Origin: Schmidtea polychroa
Lineage: Eukaryota
Direction of reading: 5' to 3'
DNA: 64,000 bases
NCBI GenBank assembly: GCA_044892525.1
Contig: CM097885.1
Span: 28,212,001-28,276,000, forward strand
Part shown: one piece after another, positions 1 to 14,096 of the stretch
How the letters are laid out: each line of letters starts with the position of its first letter
Position numbering within the stretch: position 1 is the first letter of the stretch
The notes under the pieces: generated by a model
The model's input: the letters and a program-made list of their open reading frames with translations, nothing else
Told to the model about the DNA's origin: nothing
Database searches by the model: none
Translations under genes and position numbers: made by a program

Positions 1-551
1 ATAAAGTTGTAATTATTTCATTTAATTTCATTTATATTTTTGATATTGCGTTTAATTTAACCCTGAGATCCCCCCGACAATTATATTCTATAGAAAGATT
101 GACTGAGAACCACTTCTGATTATTTTGTATTCGGACTAATTTGTTCTGTATTCGTAATAATGAATAATCTAATTATATTCAGTGGATTGAATTTAGGAAA
201 ACAATTCCGGATTATTTCGTTTCGTGTTGGTCTTATAATATTTAGTTCCGATTCAAATTTTATTTTCAGAATTTTTATTACTTTGCAATTCTTATGTTTC
301 TTATTGATTTTTCTATTTTTACTATAGTAAATTATCGATATATAGTTTTTGATTTTTCATCTTTTTATGCAGTACGCGAAAACAAAACTAATAATCACAT
401 TTGTATATCACAGTTGTATATGTGTTACATAAATATATTTTGAATTGTAATGATTAAATATTAAATGTAGAAATAAAGTTGTAATTATTTCATTTAATTT
501 CATTTATATTTTTGAGATGGCGTTTAACTTAACCCTGAGATCCCCCGACAA
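1..551 (+). repeat. ~80-bp direct repeat (1-80 and 473-551)
   Basis: ATAAAGTTGTAATTATTTCATT...AACCCTGAGATCCCCCGACAA occurs twice with few mismatches. Confidence 0.8.
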
Positions 552-1010
552 ATTTAGATGTGCTAAATCATTTTATAAAATTCAAAGAAGTGCGGGCTTT
601 GACAAAGGTTAAGAACCCCTGGTTTAGACCGTCAAACCGATGAAAATCAGAAGATCACGTTACAAATTTAAATGTTTTACTAAAGTAAAAATGATACGTA
701 TGTCCAGGCTTGATCTCATAATGACCATGAGAAGTATTTGAGGCGATAATGGCTCATGGATCAGAACCCTCACGTAATTCTACTCAGATGAAATTTAGAA
801 ATTGTATTTATTTGGTCAATGAATCAAAAATGATGAAAAATTTCCAAATATATTTAACTCTTGTCAATTCTATTTGATCCAAATATTTTATAAATTATTT
901 ATAATTTATTATTTTATATTTTCATCTAATAATAAATTAGACAAATATAAAATAAACAAATTGTATTACTATTTATAAAATCTAAAACATGAAATACAAA
1001 CCAAATAAAA

Positions 1011-1817
1011 ATGATAAATATTAGTGATAAATATAAATTCATTCAAACCCTTCACTCATCAGTAAAAGGTGAAGTATATATTGCTGAGAATAATTCCCAG
1101 AACAATAAAAGGAACAAAACTGTAGTGATTAAAAGAATCCACAAATCTGAAAATAGATTATTTGCACAGAATCCAAATTATCCATTTCGTATTCCACTGG
1201 AAATGCAATTTAATCAATTAATTAATGATGATGAAATTTGCCCTAAGATTCTTGATTTCTTTCAAGACGACAAAGAATTTTCAATTGTTATGGAACATTT
1301 GACTGGTAAATGGGTTGAACTAGGGGAATACATTATGGAGAAAAAGCGACAAGAAAGATGTGTTAAAAGAATTGTAGAAAATGTAATAATTGCCATTGAA
1401 AAATTAATCGATAAAGGCATTTATCATCTCGATATCAAACCTGAAAATATTATCATAAATAAAACAACATATCAGGTAAAGATTCTTGATTATGAAGATG
1501 CACTCGACGATGATGAGAATGATTATCCTGAAACTAACAGTTATTCTGGAACAATTGGTTATTGCAGTCCAGAGGCAATAAGCAGTCAAATTTATGATGT
1601 GAACAAAAGTGTTGTATTCATGTTAGGCGCTCTAATTTACAGTTGCATAGAAAGGAAACCTCCATATCTATTAAAAAACAATTGCTACGTTGAGGATATA
1701 ATATTTTTAAGGTGTTCAAAAACATTACAAAATTTAATTAAAAATTGTCTTGCTTCTAATCCGACAAAAAGAATGAAAATAAAGGAAATACGCAACGACA
1801 TTTGGTTTCAATCTTAA
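1011..1817 (+). CDS. Intronless divergent Ser/Thr protein kinase (PIM-like)
   Basis: VVIK, IPLE, HLDIKPEN, DYE in place of DFG, GTIGYCSPE; no Gly-rich loop; paralog at 53393-54238. Confidence 0.8.
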   Translation: MINISDKYKFIQTLHSSVKGEVYIAENNSQNNKRNKTVVIKRIHKSENRLFAQNPNYPFRIPLEMQFNQLINDDEICPKILDFFQDDKEFSIVMEHLTGKWVELGEYIMEKKRQERCVKRIVENVIIAIEKLIDKGIYHLDIKPENIIINKTTYQVKILDYEDALDDDENDYPETNSYSGTIGYCSPEAISSQIYDVNKSVVFMLGALIYSCIERKPPYLLKNNCYVEDIIFLRCSKTLQNLIKNCLASNPTKRMKIKEIRNDIWFQS

Positions 1818-1987
1818 TTTTTATAATTCTGTGTTATTTTGTTAGTTTTTGCGTTGTTAGTTTTATTATATATTATTAAAAAGATTATTATTCAAGAATT
1901 TACTAAAAAATGATTTAATGATTCTTTATTATGAAGGGTGGTCAATTTTGAATTATAATTTCCGCTTAAATAATATGACCATTTATT

Positions 1988-2645
1988 AGTAGGGTATTGT
2001 GTGGACCCGGGAACAAAGACATATGACGTCACAAAGACATATTAGGTCATTTTTTTAAATTTTTTTTTAAATTTTTTTTTAAATTTTTTTTTATAAATTT
2101 TTTTTTTAATTTATATTACGTTGCGGTATTTTAACATTTATATTACGTTGCGGTATTTTAAAATTTATATTACGTTGCGGTATTTTAAAATTTATTATAT
2201 TTTAATATTTAAATATATTACGTTGCGGTATTTTAAAAACTTATTGATAAAAGTTTAATAAAATAAAATTATTATTACACACACACAATATAGTCTACCC
2301 GACAAAATATTCTGTTCCCCTATGGTCACACACACACACACAATGTATAAAAATATTATTTACACACACGCAACAAGTTAGTGTTCTCATTGATATATTA
2401 ATAATCTATATACTCCGAGTCTATCCGACAAAATATTCTGTTCCCCTATGGTCACACACACACAATGTATAAAAATATTATTTACACACACGCAACAAGT
2501 TAGTGTTCTCATTGATATATTATTAATCTATATACTCCGAGTCTATCCGACAAAATATTCTGTCCCCCTATGGGTACTGCTCACAAGGGTACTGGTCACG
2601 CTCAACAACTCGCAAGGGTATTAATAAACAATGTAATAAAACATA

Positions 2646-2717
<72 letters not shown>

Positions 2718-2810
2718 ATTTCTATCACAAATCATGGTTAACAAAAAACAGTCGAATATTATAAAATTAAGGTATTGTGTTAGCACACACTCGTTATAAT
2801 AATTAGCAAT
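1988..2810 (+). repeat. Mav1 left TIR
   Basis: Reverse complement of 16944-17910; contains ~28-bp TTACGTTGCGGTATTTTAA repeats, ~130-bp repeats and (ATT)n. Confidence 0.93.
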
Positions 2811-2823
2811 GTAATAAAACATA

Positions 2824-2860
<37 letters not shown>

Positions 2861-3129
2861 ATTATTATTATTAATATTATTATTATGGGTACTGCTCACA
2901 AAGGTCACAAAGGTAAAGGTTACAAATGTACTGCTAAAAAATATTCAAGACATTAACAAAGAAATTATACTTTAATATACACTAAAATTTATTAACACAC
3001 TGAGTAAAGGTAACTAACAAAACTTTAACATATTATTATTATTACAATGTATAAAAATTGTTCACAAAGTTACTGTTAAAAATAATCAAGATAATAAAAT
3101 CAATACATTTATTAAATAATTTAAACACA

Positions 3130-6100
3130 TCATCGAAAATAATCATGTCCAAAATAATTATCATCTGCTGGATCATGGAAATCATCTGTATCATCTGCTG
3201 AGATAGCTTCCGTTGAATCTATAAATATATCGGTGTCACCGCCCCTATAATGGCCATATGCCAAACTTTGATTTTTATCCACCCAATTTCGTTTATCATC
3301 TCTACACGTCAAGGCTCTTTTATTATTTTTAATACTAAAAAGTTGGTGATTTTTTGACGTTATTCTAAACTGAGGGACTGTGTATATTTTATCATTTAAA
3401 TAACAATCTAGATACGACTGATGTGTTAGTCCAGTATCTTTCATACTTATCACCTTAGCCTTCATACTTTCCTCATCACCCATCAAACTGTAACATTTAG
3501 GTCTCAAGAACACCCAATCTTTATATAATAACCCTTTATTCTCGTCTTTGAATTTGCCAATGACAGAATCAAGGTTCCTACTATATAAAGGATGATTTGG
3601 GTCATAATTCGAAGTATCTAATAATTGATCTCTAATCATCGCAGGTAAAAGAATGTCAAGACTACAATGTTTAATTTCCAAGAAGAAGGAATCTGTGTCT
3701 CCAGCAACGATATTAATTTCGCAGTTGAATTCGTCGCGATATTTTTGCAACTCTTCATACTGCAGCTGGTACATCCTGAGTTTGGATAAATCAAGTACGG
3801 TTTGACCAATGTAACTAGGTCTATTCAAACACACTATGTCCTTCCTCAATAAAACCGAAATCAAGTCATCATCGATTTTCGTGGATTTACGAAAAGTCGG
3901 TTTCGAACAGAATGTTAATAATCTCTGTGAAGAATTACACAGACGTAAATTAATACGTTTTTTAAGATTTTCAACAGTCTTACCGTAAAGACTGTTGTTT
4001 AATAATTTATAAAAATTTTTATCGAGTTTATTTGTCGACGCTGCTCGTAACGCCGTATTTGTGTTAATATAATTTTTGAAAATTTTATCTTGTTTAAATT
4101 TAATTGCTCTATGTGTTTTTGATATTTTAACACCTAATTTAATAAATATTTGTAGAAGCCTCCAATGAAGAACGTAGTTCCTCTTGGGGCTATGTGTAAG
4201 CAACAGCTTCTCTATTTTCGAACCCGGTACACACATCTTTTCAGCGGCAACGGGAAGATCGTCCAGTTTGTCGTGAATTGACGTCGGTATTTCTAAATCC
4301 ACTTCTATGGTATAACCATAATCAAGCAGATCTAAATCTACCGTTGTGCATTCAACAATTATATTATTTAATAAATTATCATCAGTAACCCATTCAAAGT
4401 CACTGCAAGGTAATGGTTGACTTAAAGCCCAACCGTATAAATTATTTATATCTATGTAAAGCAAAGCGGTATCCGGGTCTGTTTTTACATAATGTTTGTT
4501 TACAAAAGTTAGTCCGCCACGGATACCGCCCTCGAAAAAGTTATACATCTCCATATCGGTGAGGAGCTCAATTGGAGAGTTTAAAGTTAATAAGGCTGAA
4601 TTCCAAGACATACCTGGAATCCCTAAGAAATTTAATGGCTCTAGTCGGTTATGAGCAATGGACTTAGCTCTAAATTGCTGGAAAAAATCGGCTAAAAGGA
4701 AAACATCAAGTTTTAAATAAACCATCATGTAATCGAAAAGTGAAGTACATGAAGTTTCAACCCAAATTCGCTGAGCTGTCTCATATTCAGCAGGAGTCAC
4801 ATCTTTCCAAATAGGTGGTAACTGATGAGTGTTATGTAAAACCTCTAATGAAGTTGCGACATCATAAGGAAAAATTCCCTTTGCAGTTATTATTGTACCC
4901 TGAAATTCTGATTCGGTCAAGGGTAAAGATGATAAAGTTTTGACAGCATTATTTAAAGACTCGCTGACAAATTGATTAGAGTCTATAAATTTAACAGTTA
5001 ATGAGTCAATCCTAGCAAAAAGACTAAGGAATTTCTCGCTGGTTAAAGGAATACAACTAATATTCCATGAATGATATTTTGAAAGGCCAAATTTCAAGAT
5101 ATGATGCAGATCATAACCCTTTAAATTATGAAATACTACAGGAAGGGTATGTCTAATTTGCCTCGACAGATTACAAGTTGTACAAGCGGCACCAAGATAT
5201 AGACCGGTAAAATGATCATGGTCCCTAACTGGACTAACTAAAGGCTTATTGCACAAATAACATGATGTGCTGTTTTCAAACATTAATTGTTGCTCATCTG
5301 TAATTATCATTTTCTTTTGATAATTTTTATAATAATAAGGAGTTACAATATATTTCCCTATCATTTCAATTTCAGTAAGAAATTGATCGACACAATCTAA
5401 ACCGGTGAACGACTTATAAATTTTTACGCCTGTGAAATTATTAATAAAAAGCATACCGGCAGAAATAGGCAGATGACGTTGAAAGTAGCGAGTGTCTTTA
5501 GGTAAGATAGCCTCAAAGTCAGCGTAAATAACAAAGGGAGGAGTAACTGTTTTACTCCAATCAGTAAATTCTAAATATTTATTTTTAGGCAATGTGTACA
5601 AGGTAGTACCAAGCTGATTTTTATCGCAAAGACCCTTATGTCTATTAAAAGCGTCATCATTCTTAAAACCGTTTAAACATCTAGGGCACCACTGACTACA
5701 AATCCTAACAGGAGTGATTGAACTATTCCTACAATTAAGAAATCTATTTAGGTCTGTGATTCCAAGATAATGATAATTATCATTCTTTTCGATTAATAAT
5801 AAATTGATAGGTATGGCTCCTACTATCTTACTCCTATATATTATATCAATAAAGGGATGTTTCATAACTGCATCTTCATCGGAAATGTCAATCAAAGCCT
5901 TTTCGTTATAAGTAAGAACATTAATACTATAACCCGGATTTTGTTGTTCAAATTTACTTATATTTGATAGTTTCATCGGCATATCATTAGGATCAAATTT
6001 AATTTCAGAAAGATTGTAGGAATTAGGGCGATTTCTATATTGCCTATTTATACAGTCATATTTAATAATTGACAAGAAACTATACAAAAAGCAGAAGTGG

Positions 6101-6917
6101 TCATTATTAACTACATTAATGAGACAGCTTAAGTTTCTTAAAGATTTTGGGGTTTCAATAAAACTTCTACCACTTAATCGACTTATTTCAGCAAATTTAG
6201 TAAGAACAAAGCTTATGTATTCTATTTTATTGATAGTCCAATTACTACCTTTCTCATTAATTTTAATTATTTTTTCATTTAAACGAGCAATACCTTCGTC
6301 AATGAATGTATCGCTCCAAACTCGGGCGGAATTCGAGATTACAAAAGATTGTAACTCATCATCTTTTATAAATTCCACCTTTAGACAAAATTGAATTTTA
6401 CATGATTTTAATTTATTTACATATAAATTTAATTTATTTATTAAAATTTCTGGTACAGAGACCGTTTTTAAATCTAAAGACGAAACGTCCATTTTTAATA
6501 TAATATGATTATTATTTAAATCACTGGTGACATCTACGACACCATAACCTATTTGATTAGTATTATTAATACGATTATTATAATAAATATTACTACTACT
6601 ACTACTATTATTATTATTATTATCAATTTCCTCATCACTTATGTTGATTATTTCATCATCATCACTTATTGTGATTACATCAATAACTTTAGATTTTTTA
6701 CTTGGTATTGAATTTATTTTTTCATTATTTTTTCTTTTATTCATATTAATTAGATTATTTATTTGTTCATTTAATTTATTTACTTGATCTTTTAGATTAT
6801 TTATTTCGTTTATATCATTATTATTATTATTGGTGCTGTTAGTATTATTGTTGGTGATATTATTATTATTATTATTGTTGATATTATTATTATTATTATT
6901 ATTATTATTGTTGTTGA

Positions 6918-6954
<37 letters not shown>

Positions 6955-6994
6955 GTTGTTGATATTATTGTTGATATTATTATTATTATTATTA

Positions 6995-7026
<32 letters not shown>

Positions 7027-7855
7027 GTTAACAAACGATTCATATAAGCTATAGAAAAGAGACTTCTTAGAAGGTTTAAATTGTTGGAGATGGAGTCTAT
7101 GCTTATTATAAAATTCCTTATACGTTATAACTTCAATAACCTCACATTTAGGGCATAGGATGTAGGTGACACCGTTATATTTATGACTATAATATCTTTC
7201 CATTATATCATCGCAGTCATTATGATATTGACTATTACAAAAGTTTTGGTATTTCAAACCTATGAAAATATTTTTATCATAAAATGTTTAAAAAATATTA
7301 AGATAATAATCATTTTTAAAGTTTAAGATATTTTTCGTAAGATATTATTCAAAATTATCTTTTAAATAGTATCTTATAAAAAATAATATAAAATATATAT
7401 AATTTAATTCGTTTTCATAAATAATTCAATTCATTTTCATAAATAAATAAATAAGTAAATCTTCTTTTTATGAATAAATCTTCTTTTCAAAATCATCATA
7501 AATAAATAAGTAAATCTTCTTTTCATAAATCATCATAAATAAATAAATAATTCTTTTTCTAAAATAGTATTTATTTTCATAAATAATATATAAAAGTTAT
7601 TAATTATAATGTTCAAAATCATCATAAATAAATAGGTAAATCTTCTTTTCATGAATAAATCTTCTTTTCAAAATCATCATAAATAAATAAGTAAATCTTC
7701 TTTTCATAAATTATCATAAATAAATAAGTAAATCTTCTTTTCATGAATAAATCTTCTTTTCATAAATCTTCCTTTCAAAATCATCATAAATAAATCTTCT
7801 TTTAAAATATCTTCTTTTCATGAAAAAATCTTCTTTTCATAAGTTTCTTCTTTTA

Positions 7856-7906
<51 letters not shown>

Positions 7907-8230
7907 ATTGTTTAAAAAACTTAAAAACTTATAACAATAAATAAAAACTTACATTTTCGTCCTTTCGAAAGAAATTTTCCAGCATCAGCACCAGCAGAAG
8001 TATTTATTACATTTCCATCTAAAAGCATAATAAAAATAATAATGATAATAAGAGTAAACTATTACCATTTATTCTATTCATGTCTACAGCTTGTCCGTCG
8101 ATATTCATTTTAATTTGTTGATTAGTACCTAATAATCATATTAAAAATAATAAAATAATAAAATAATAAATTTACCATTAATTCCTCCAACGATCTTTCC
8201 GTCAACTCTTTGAATATTGTTGTTGTTCAT
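3130..8230 (-). CDS. Protein-primed family B DNA polymerase, spliced (exons 8230-8176, 8128-8066, 8018-7953, 7259-3130)
   Basis: YADFE exonuclease, DINNLYG, KLLNNSLYGK, GDTDS; CYLC..RDHDH..CN endonuclease-VII-like insert; three upstream GT-AG mini-exons join the main ORF in phase 1. Confidence 0.93.
7430..7850. repeat. Minisatellite in the large pPolB intron of Mav1
   Basis: Imperfect repeats of AAATAAGTAAATCTTCTTTTCAT(G/A)AA. Confidence 0.75.
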
Positions 8231-8595
8231 GTTGCTAATAGATTTTTAAAAGTGATGAAAAAATGAAAGTGTAGACTATATAAGAGAGATATTACAGGTT
8301 TTATTAACCGACCAATGAAAATAGAGATAGGATAGGAAAAGATACTACATGTTTGTTTATACAAACCATGACGAAATAATGACCTTTACATGTCTTTATT
8401 ACTCAGTGCTTTGTTACTTTGCACTGTGCATGCACTGAACATGTAATAGTATTACATAATATTTTTAAACATAAAATTTTAAACATAAAATAATACAATA
8501 ATAAAATAATAAAACAAATAATAATAATATTTAACAAATAATAATAATATTTAACAAATAATTAAAATAGTCAACAAATAAAAATCATACATTTA

Positions 8596-9007
8596 TTAAC
8601 CATCAAATTTTTTATACAACAACCATGCCAAACAGTGTTGACCACATGTTTGAGTCAATGGATTTTGAAACATAGTTTTATTATATACAATAGGTTTCCC
8701 AATTGTTTGAAGTTTTGATATCAACAAAGCAGGATAATAGAAACCCATAGGATCGAATACGAATATATTACTAGGTTTCACATATATAGCTATCCAATGT
8801 TCTCCACCAAGATGAGACGAATGAGTATTGATGATTATGGCTTGATTATTGCTCAAATAAGGAATTTTATCAAGAGGAAAAACTCCTACAAATTCATTTC
8901 CTAATATTTGTTTTCCAATTCGATTAACCTGAACAGAACTACTTTAATAAAATTAAACAGTATCAAAAAACTTACTCCATGACAACTTTTTGTGTTTCTG
9001 TATACAT
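8596..9007 (-). CDS. Adenain-like (C5) cysteine maturation protease, intron 8939-8975
   Basis: GEHW, FDPMG, QNPLTQTCGQHC; splicing gives ...MDSVQVNRIG...; start at 9007 or 8980. Confidence 0.88.
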
Positions 9008-10226
9008 TTATACTAGCACGGTTCTATTTGCAGTAATTTGAACTTCATTTTCAAATACTCCATATATTATAACATGTACCGGTTCAGTAATAGCTTTTGC
9101 AAACTTAATATCCAGTCGTAAATTCCCGTTTTGTGGTAGTTGACTCTGATTTAAATCAAAATCAGGGGCTAAAACAAATGTAAAAAATGGATATTTGCTT
9201 TTAAATTCTTCTAGAGTTATTCCACAATTCAAGTTTTTATCTAAGTAACCCAGATTTCTAACAATACTCTGCATATATGTCGCACAGTAATTATCGCTTT
9301 CGAAATCTTGAGTATATGTTTCTCTATAATCAGTATTTTTCGACAAAGTCAATGAAGTAACACCAAAATTTTTGAAAATTGAGCTGGAAGCAGTATATGA
9401 TCCATTATATTGCGTTTCATTTTGAAATGTTACCAGAATAAAATTAGGCATTCTTCTGTCACCAAATATTTGTTCTTTATAGAATGATGAAGCACCTTTA
9501 GCAATAGCAAATTGTACAATTTCCTTTGTTTTTAAAGGATAAATTGCATGTTTTGAATTAAGACCCAATTGATGACCAGCTAATACTGACGGGTCTACTC
9601 GAACTCTTCTCACCAATAATTTTGCATCAACTAATTGGCATATTGGTGCACCAGTTGCACTAGTAAGAGATAATGCAGAATCGGACCTTTTCAATCTAAT
9701 GTGTACATTAACTCCTGGTAGCAAATATTTCGGTTGATCCATAAAATCGAGTTGTAATGATGAGCACATAGTGAATGATTTTGAGCCTTTAACCCACTTT
9801 TTTCTTTCATCATCTGTTGCTGCATAACCCATAGGTGTAAGACAGGTATTTTTAGTATCAGAATTGTAATTTAAAATAGTTTCTATCAAAGCCTTGTGAA
9901 TGAATGTATTATTTCCGCCCTCAATCTTAATATTATTAAATCCCAAGACTGCATCTTTAAACAGAGTATGAAACATGAAATTGTTCGGTATTACATCTGC
10001 ATTGGCATCCAAAACTTTTCTATCTTTATCTACAACCTTGATCTGGACAGTCAATAAAGTATCGTTATAAATATTCAGTTTGCGAACCATTAATATAAAA
10101 CTCGATATCATTTCTACTATCAGTAATTGAATTCATAGGAAAAACTTCCTCAAAGGCCCCAAATTCGATTACCGCTTGAGGCGATGGTCTATCAAATATA
10201 CATAATTCAGATTTACCACAAATCAT
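9008..10226 (-). pseudogene. Major capsid protein (double jelly-roll), frameshifted near 10066
   Basis: Near-identical to Mav2 MCP; GAATATTTATAACGAT versus GAATATTTAGATTTGAACGAT is a net 5-nt loss giving an immediate stop. Confidence 0.85.
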
Positions 10227-10585
10227 TTTGCAAATATAGTTCCATGTCCTTTCATTCGTTTGTTTATACGCGATATTCCATGTCCTTTACGTTTTGGAGC
10301 TGGGGCTGGGGGCGTATCTTTTTGAAACATACCAGCAGCTCCAGGTAGAACCTTCCCTAACTCAGCTAAATCATTTGTTTTTAGGGATGGTAATATTTTC
10401 TGTTCATTCATAATAACATCTTTTGCAGTTTTCATACCAAAACTACCGATACGTTTAAGAATAGGAAGTGCAAATCTCCCTATTGTTTTTAACCAACCTG
10501 ATCCGTACTGTTTACCAATAAAATATGGTAATTCACCGCCAGATTGGATATCACTATACATACTAATAATATCGGAATTAGCCAT
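10223..10585 (-). CDS. Small Polinton virion protein, adenovirus pVI-like (amphipathic helix after putative adenain sites)
   Basis: IQSGG and QYGSG followed by WLKTIGRFALPILKRIG; basic C-terminus; ATGA overlap with MCP. Confidence 0.7.
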   Translation of the reverse strand: MANSDIISMYSDIQSGGELPYFIGKQYGSGWLKTIGRFALPILKRIGSFGMKTAKDVIMNEQKILPSLKTNDLAELGKVLPGAAGMFQKDTPPAPAPKRKGHGISRINKRMKGHGTIFAK

Positions 10586-11590
10586 CTACTTTACGAAAAT
10601 GTAGTGTCAAATGAGTTTTTGAGTCTTTTGGGAAGTTTATAAGTTTTCCACTATCGTCACGAATATTTATTTCTATATTGTTTATACATGAGCTTGCTAT
10701 TGGTAAATACATGGGATTATCGATATTTATATTGACAACTTCATCATGTTCATATTTTCCAATCCATACCGATTTCAAAAGAGGAACACTGGAATCACCA
10801 ACAATTATAGGCTCAATAATATTAGTATATATGAACATTTGTTGATGATGTTCAAGTATTCTTGGTTTACGTATACCAGCCGATTTTTCCCGATATTGCT
10901 GCTTCTCTAATCCAAGTGTATTTGTCAAATTTTTATCAAATGTAACTTCGCAAATATCATCATTCAAACTGAAGGTAAACATCAAATCTTTCACAATGTC
11001 CAAACTTTTAAATATGTGTGAACAATTGTACTTTAAATATTTAAGTAACACATCAAGTTTATCAATATATAATTCGTCAGCAAAGGTGAATGATTCTTCA
11101 ATTTCATTATTATACGACACTGATATTTTGATTTCTTCTCTCATTACACTGTTTGCTTCAAATAGATTAAAGCGTAATAAATATTCTGTTTCCATAACTT
11201 CATTTTTCAACTTATTGCAACCCAATCGTTTGGCATCTTCAATATATTCGAATGTTATTGTAAATGGTTTAAAATCACAACTGATATTTAATCCATCCTT
11301 GTAAAACATATAGCAGTGCTGATCTAATAGTTGATTTGGAATATGATATGTTTTATCATAATTACTGATAATAAAGATACCGCTACATGTTTTCATAGCA
11401 TTCCTTTTGAAATCAATCTTACATTGACTATAAAATGGGAATGTATTGTACACGAATGTAAAATCTTGCAGTGCAACTTCCCAGTCCCCATTTAAAGAAA
11501 TCGGATTCTGGAGATTGACCATGAATTTACTGGCTTGATTATCTGGATGAATAAGCGGGCAACTATTGCTTGGTAAAATAGTATAAAAAT

Positions 11591-12781
<1,191 letters not shown>

Positions 12782-12842
12782 TACAACAAGAAGATTTAAT
12801 ATTAAATTTAATGTCTGGTAATGAAGGATTAGCACCCATTGT

Positions 12843-13339
12843 TTATGATCGACTTCCTATTATTCCACCTAATAATGATATTGCTAAAGGTATCAATGCA
12901 CCGATAAATCCCCCTTGTTGTTTATATATAAAATTTTTCTCATTTGTTGACGATTTTTATTATTTACTAATGATAGCAAAGGTTTCCTATGTTTACTCAA
13001 TAATTGCTTTTTAGATTTACTGATTTTAATCTTGCCTTTGACTACTTTAAGTATAATATCGAGTAAATCATCGACAACATAATTTGGAAAAGATTGCAAA
13101 ATACTGTTTCTTTTCATACTGGGTGCTTTTAACAATGTATTGAAAAACGGGAAACTCCGATGATTTTTAACAACTTTTACTTTCTTAGTGGTTTTACTTT
13201 TAGTTTTAGGTTTAGGATTTTTCGAAATGAGATTCATTGCAGGAAAATTTTCTGTAATAAGTTCTTTAGATGGAGTATAACTAGTTGTTGGTGGAACTTT
13301 TGGTTGTTTTTTACTCGATATCCTTGTTTTTGAAAACAT
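12843..13339 (-). pseudogene. Basic core protein, adenovirus pX/Mu-like, frameshifted
   Basis: Homolog of 42445-42978; a 2-nt insertion near 12930 shifts the QQGGFIGALIPLAISLLGG tail out of frame. Confidence 0.75.
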
Positions 13340-13352
13340 GATTTATGTGTTT

Positions 13353-13991
13353 TCAAATTTGTTTTAAACTTTGTTTATATACCATGGCACCTTTTGGGTT
13401 GAAAATATCTGTTTTTACCCGTATATCATCAGGACATTGTTGTGTGAAATCGAGAAATATATACCCATGAGGTATTTTCGTAGCATCTTGAAATGCACTG
13501 ATAAGAAAATTACGGTTATTAGGGTATGCTTGTCGTCCAAGAAAATCGATGACGGTTGCATCTCTAGGATTCTTGAAAATAACTAGATATTGTACATTTA
13601 AATTACGTGTTCGATGTGCACCACCTTGATGAAATAGATTTTGTGTTATGAAAATAACTGTTACACCAACATGTCTGCTGATTTTTGTGAATAAATTATT
13701 AAAATCCTTTTCTTTATTGGCTTCTTGATACAAATTATCGATAATGATGACATCATCTTTCTTCAAACGACTTGACCAGTTTTTATCAAAACCCTTTACT
13801 ATTTTCATGTTTTTCAATTGACAGAAACTTGATTGTGTCAATCCATGTTCTTCATCGGCGCCCCTATGCCAATAAATATTGTTGAATTTTGTTTTGAACA
13901 AATTAGATTTTAGTAATTTACAAACAAATAATGTTTTTCCACTACCACTCGGACCAACGATTTGGTATACTGCATCATTTCTTAATTCCAT
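13353..13991 (-). CDS. A32/FtsK-like genome packaging ATPase
   Basis: Walker A GPSGSGKT; Walker B IIIDNL (IIIDDL in Mav2); SRH and ITQN motifs. Confidence 0.92.
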   Translation of the reverse strand: MELRNDAVYQIVGPSGSGKTLFVCKLLKSNLFKTKFNNIYWHRGADEEHGLTQSSFCQLKNMKIVKGFDKNWSSRLKKDDVIIIDNLYQEANKEKDFNNLFTKISRHVGVTVIFITQNLFHQGGAHRTRNLNVQYLVIFKNPRDATVIDFLGRQAYPNNRNFLISAFQDATKIPHGYIFLDFTQQCPDDIRVKTDIFNPKGAMVYKQSLKQI

Positions 13992-14096
13992 TTTTTTAAA
14001 TTTAAACTATATAATTATTGTTTATATTGATAATTTAAATGAACTCCGTTTTAAAATAACTATATATAACAGAGTTTTTATAATTATTTCATTAAA

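Noticed and set aside
595..630. hAT-like terminus (AGGTTAAGAACCCCTG)
   Set aside because: No partner TIR or TSD found in the window
2568..2822. Poly-Ile/poly-Leu ORFs (also 16971-17230, 29583-29950, 30719-31061, 47184-47557, 6810-7054)
   Set aside because: Stop-free frames of (ATT)n microsatellites in TIRs or antisense to pPolB
10996..11304. Antisense ORF to penton conserved in both elements (40502-40939)
   Set aside because: Lengths differ, no motifs, and conservation is expected from the sense gene
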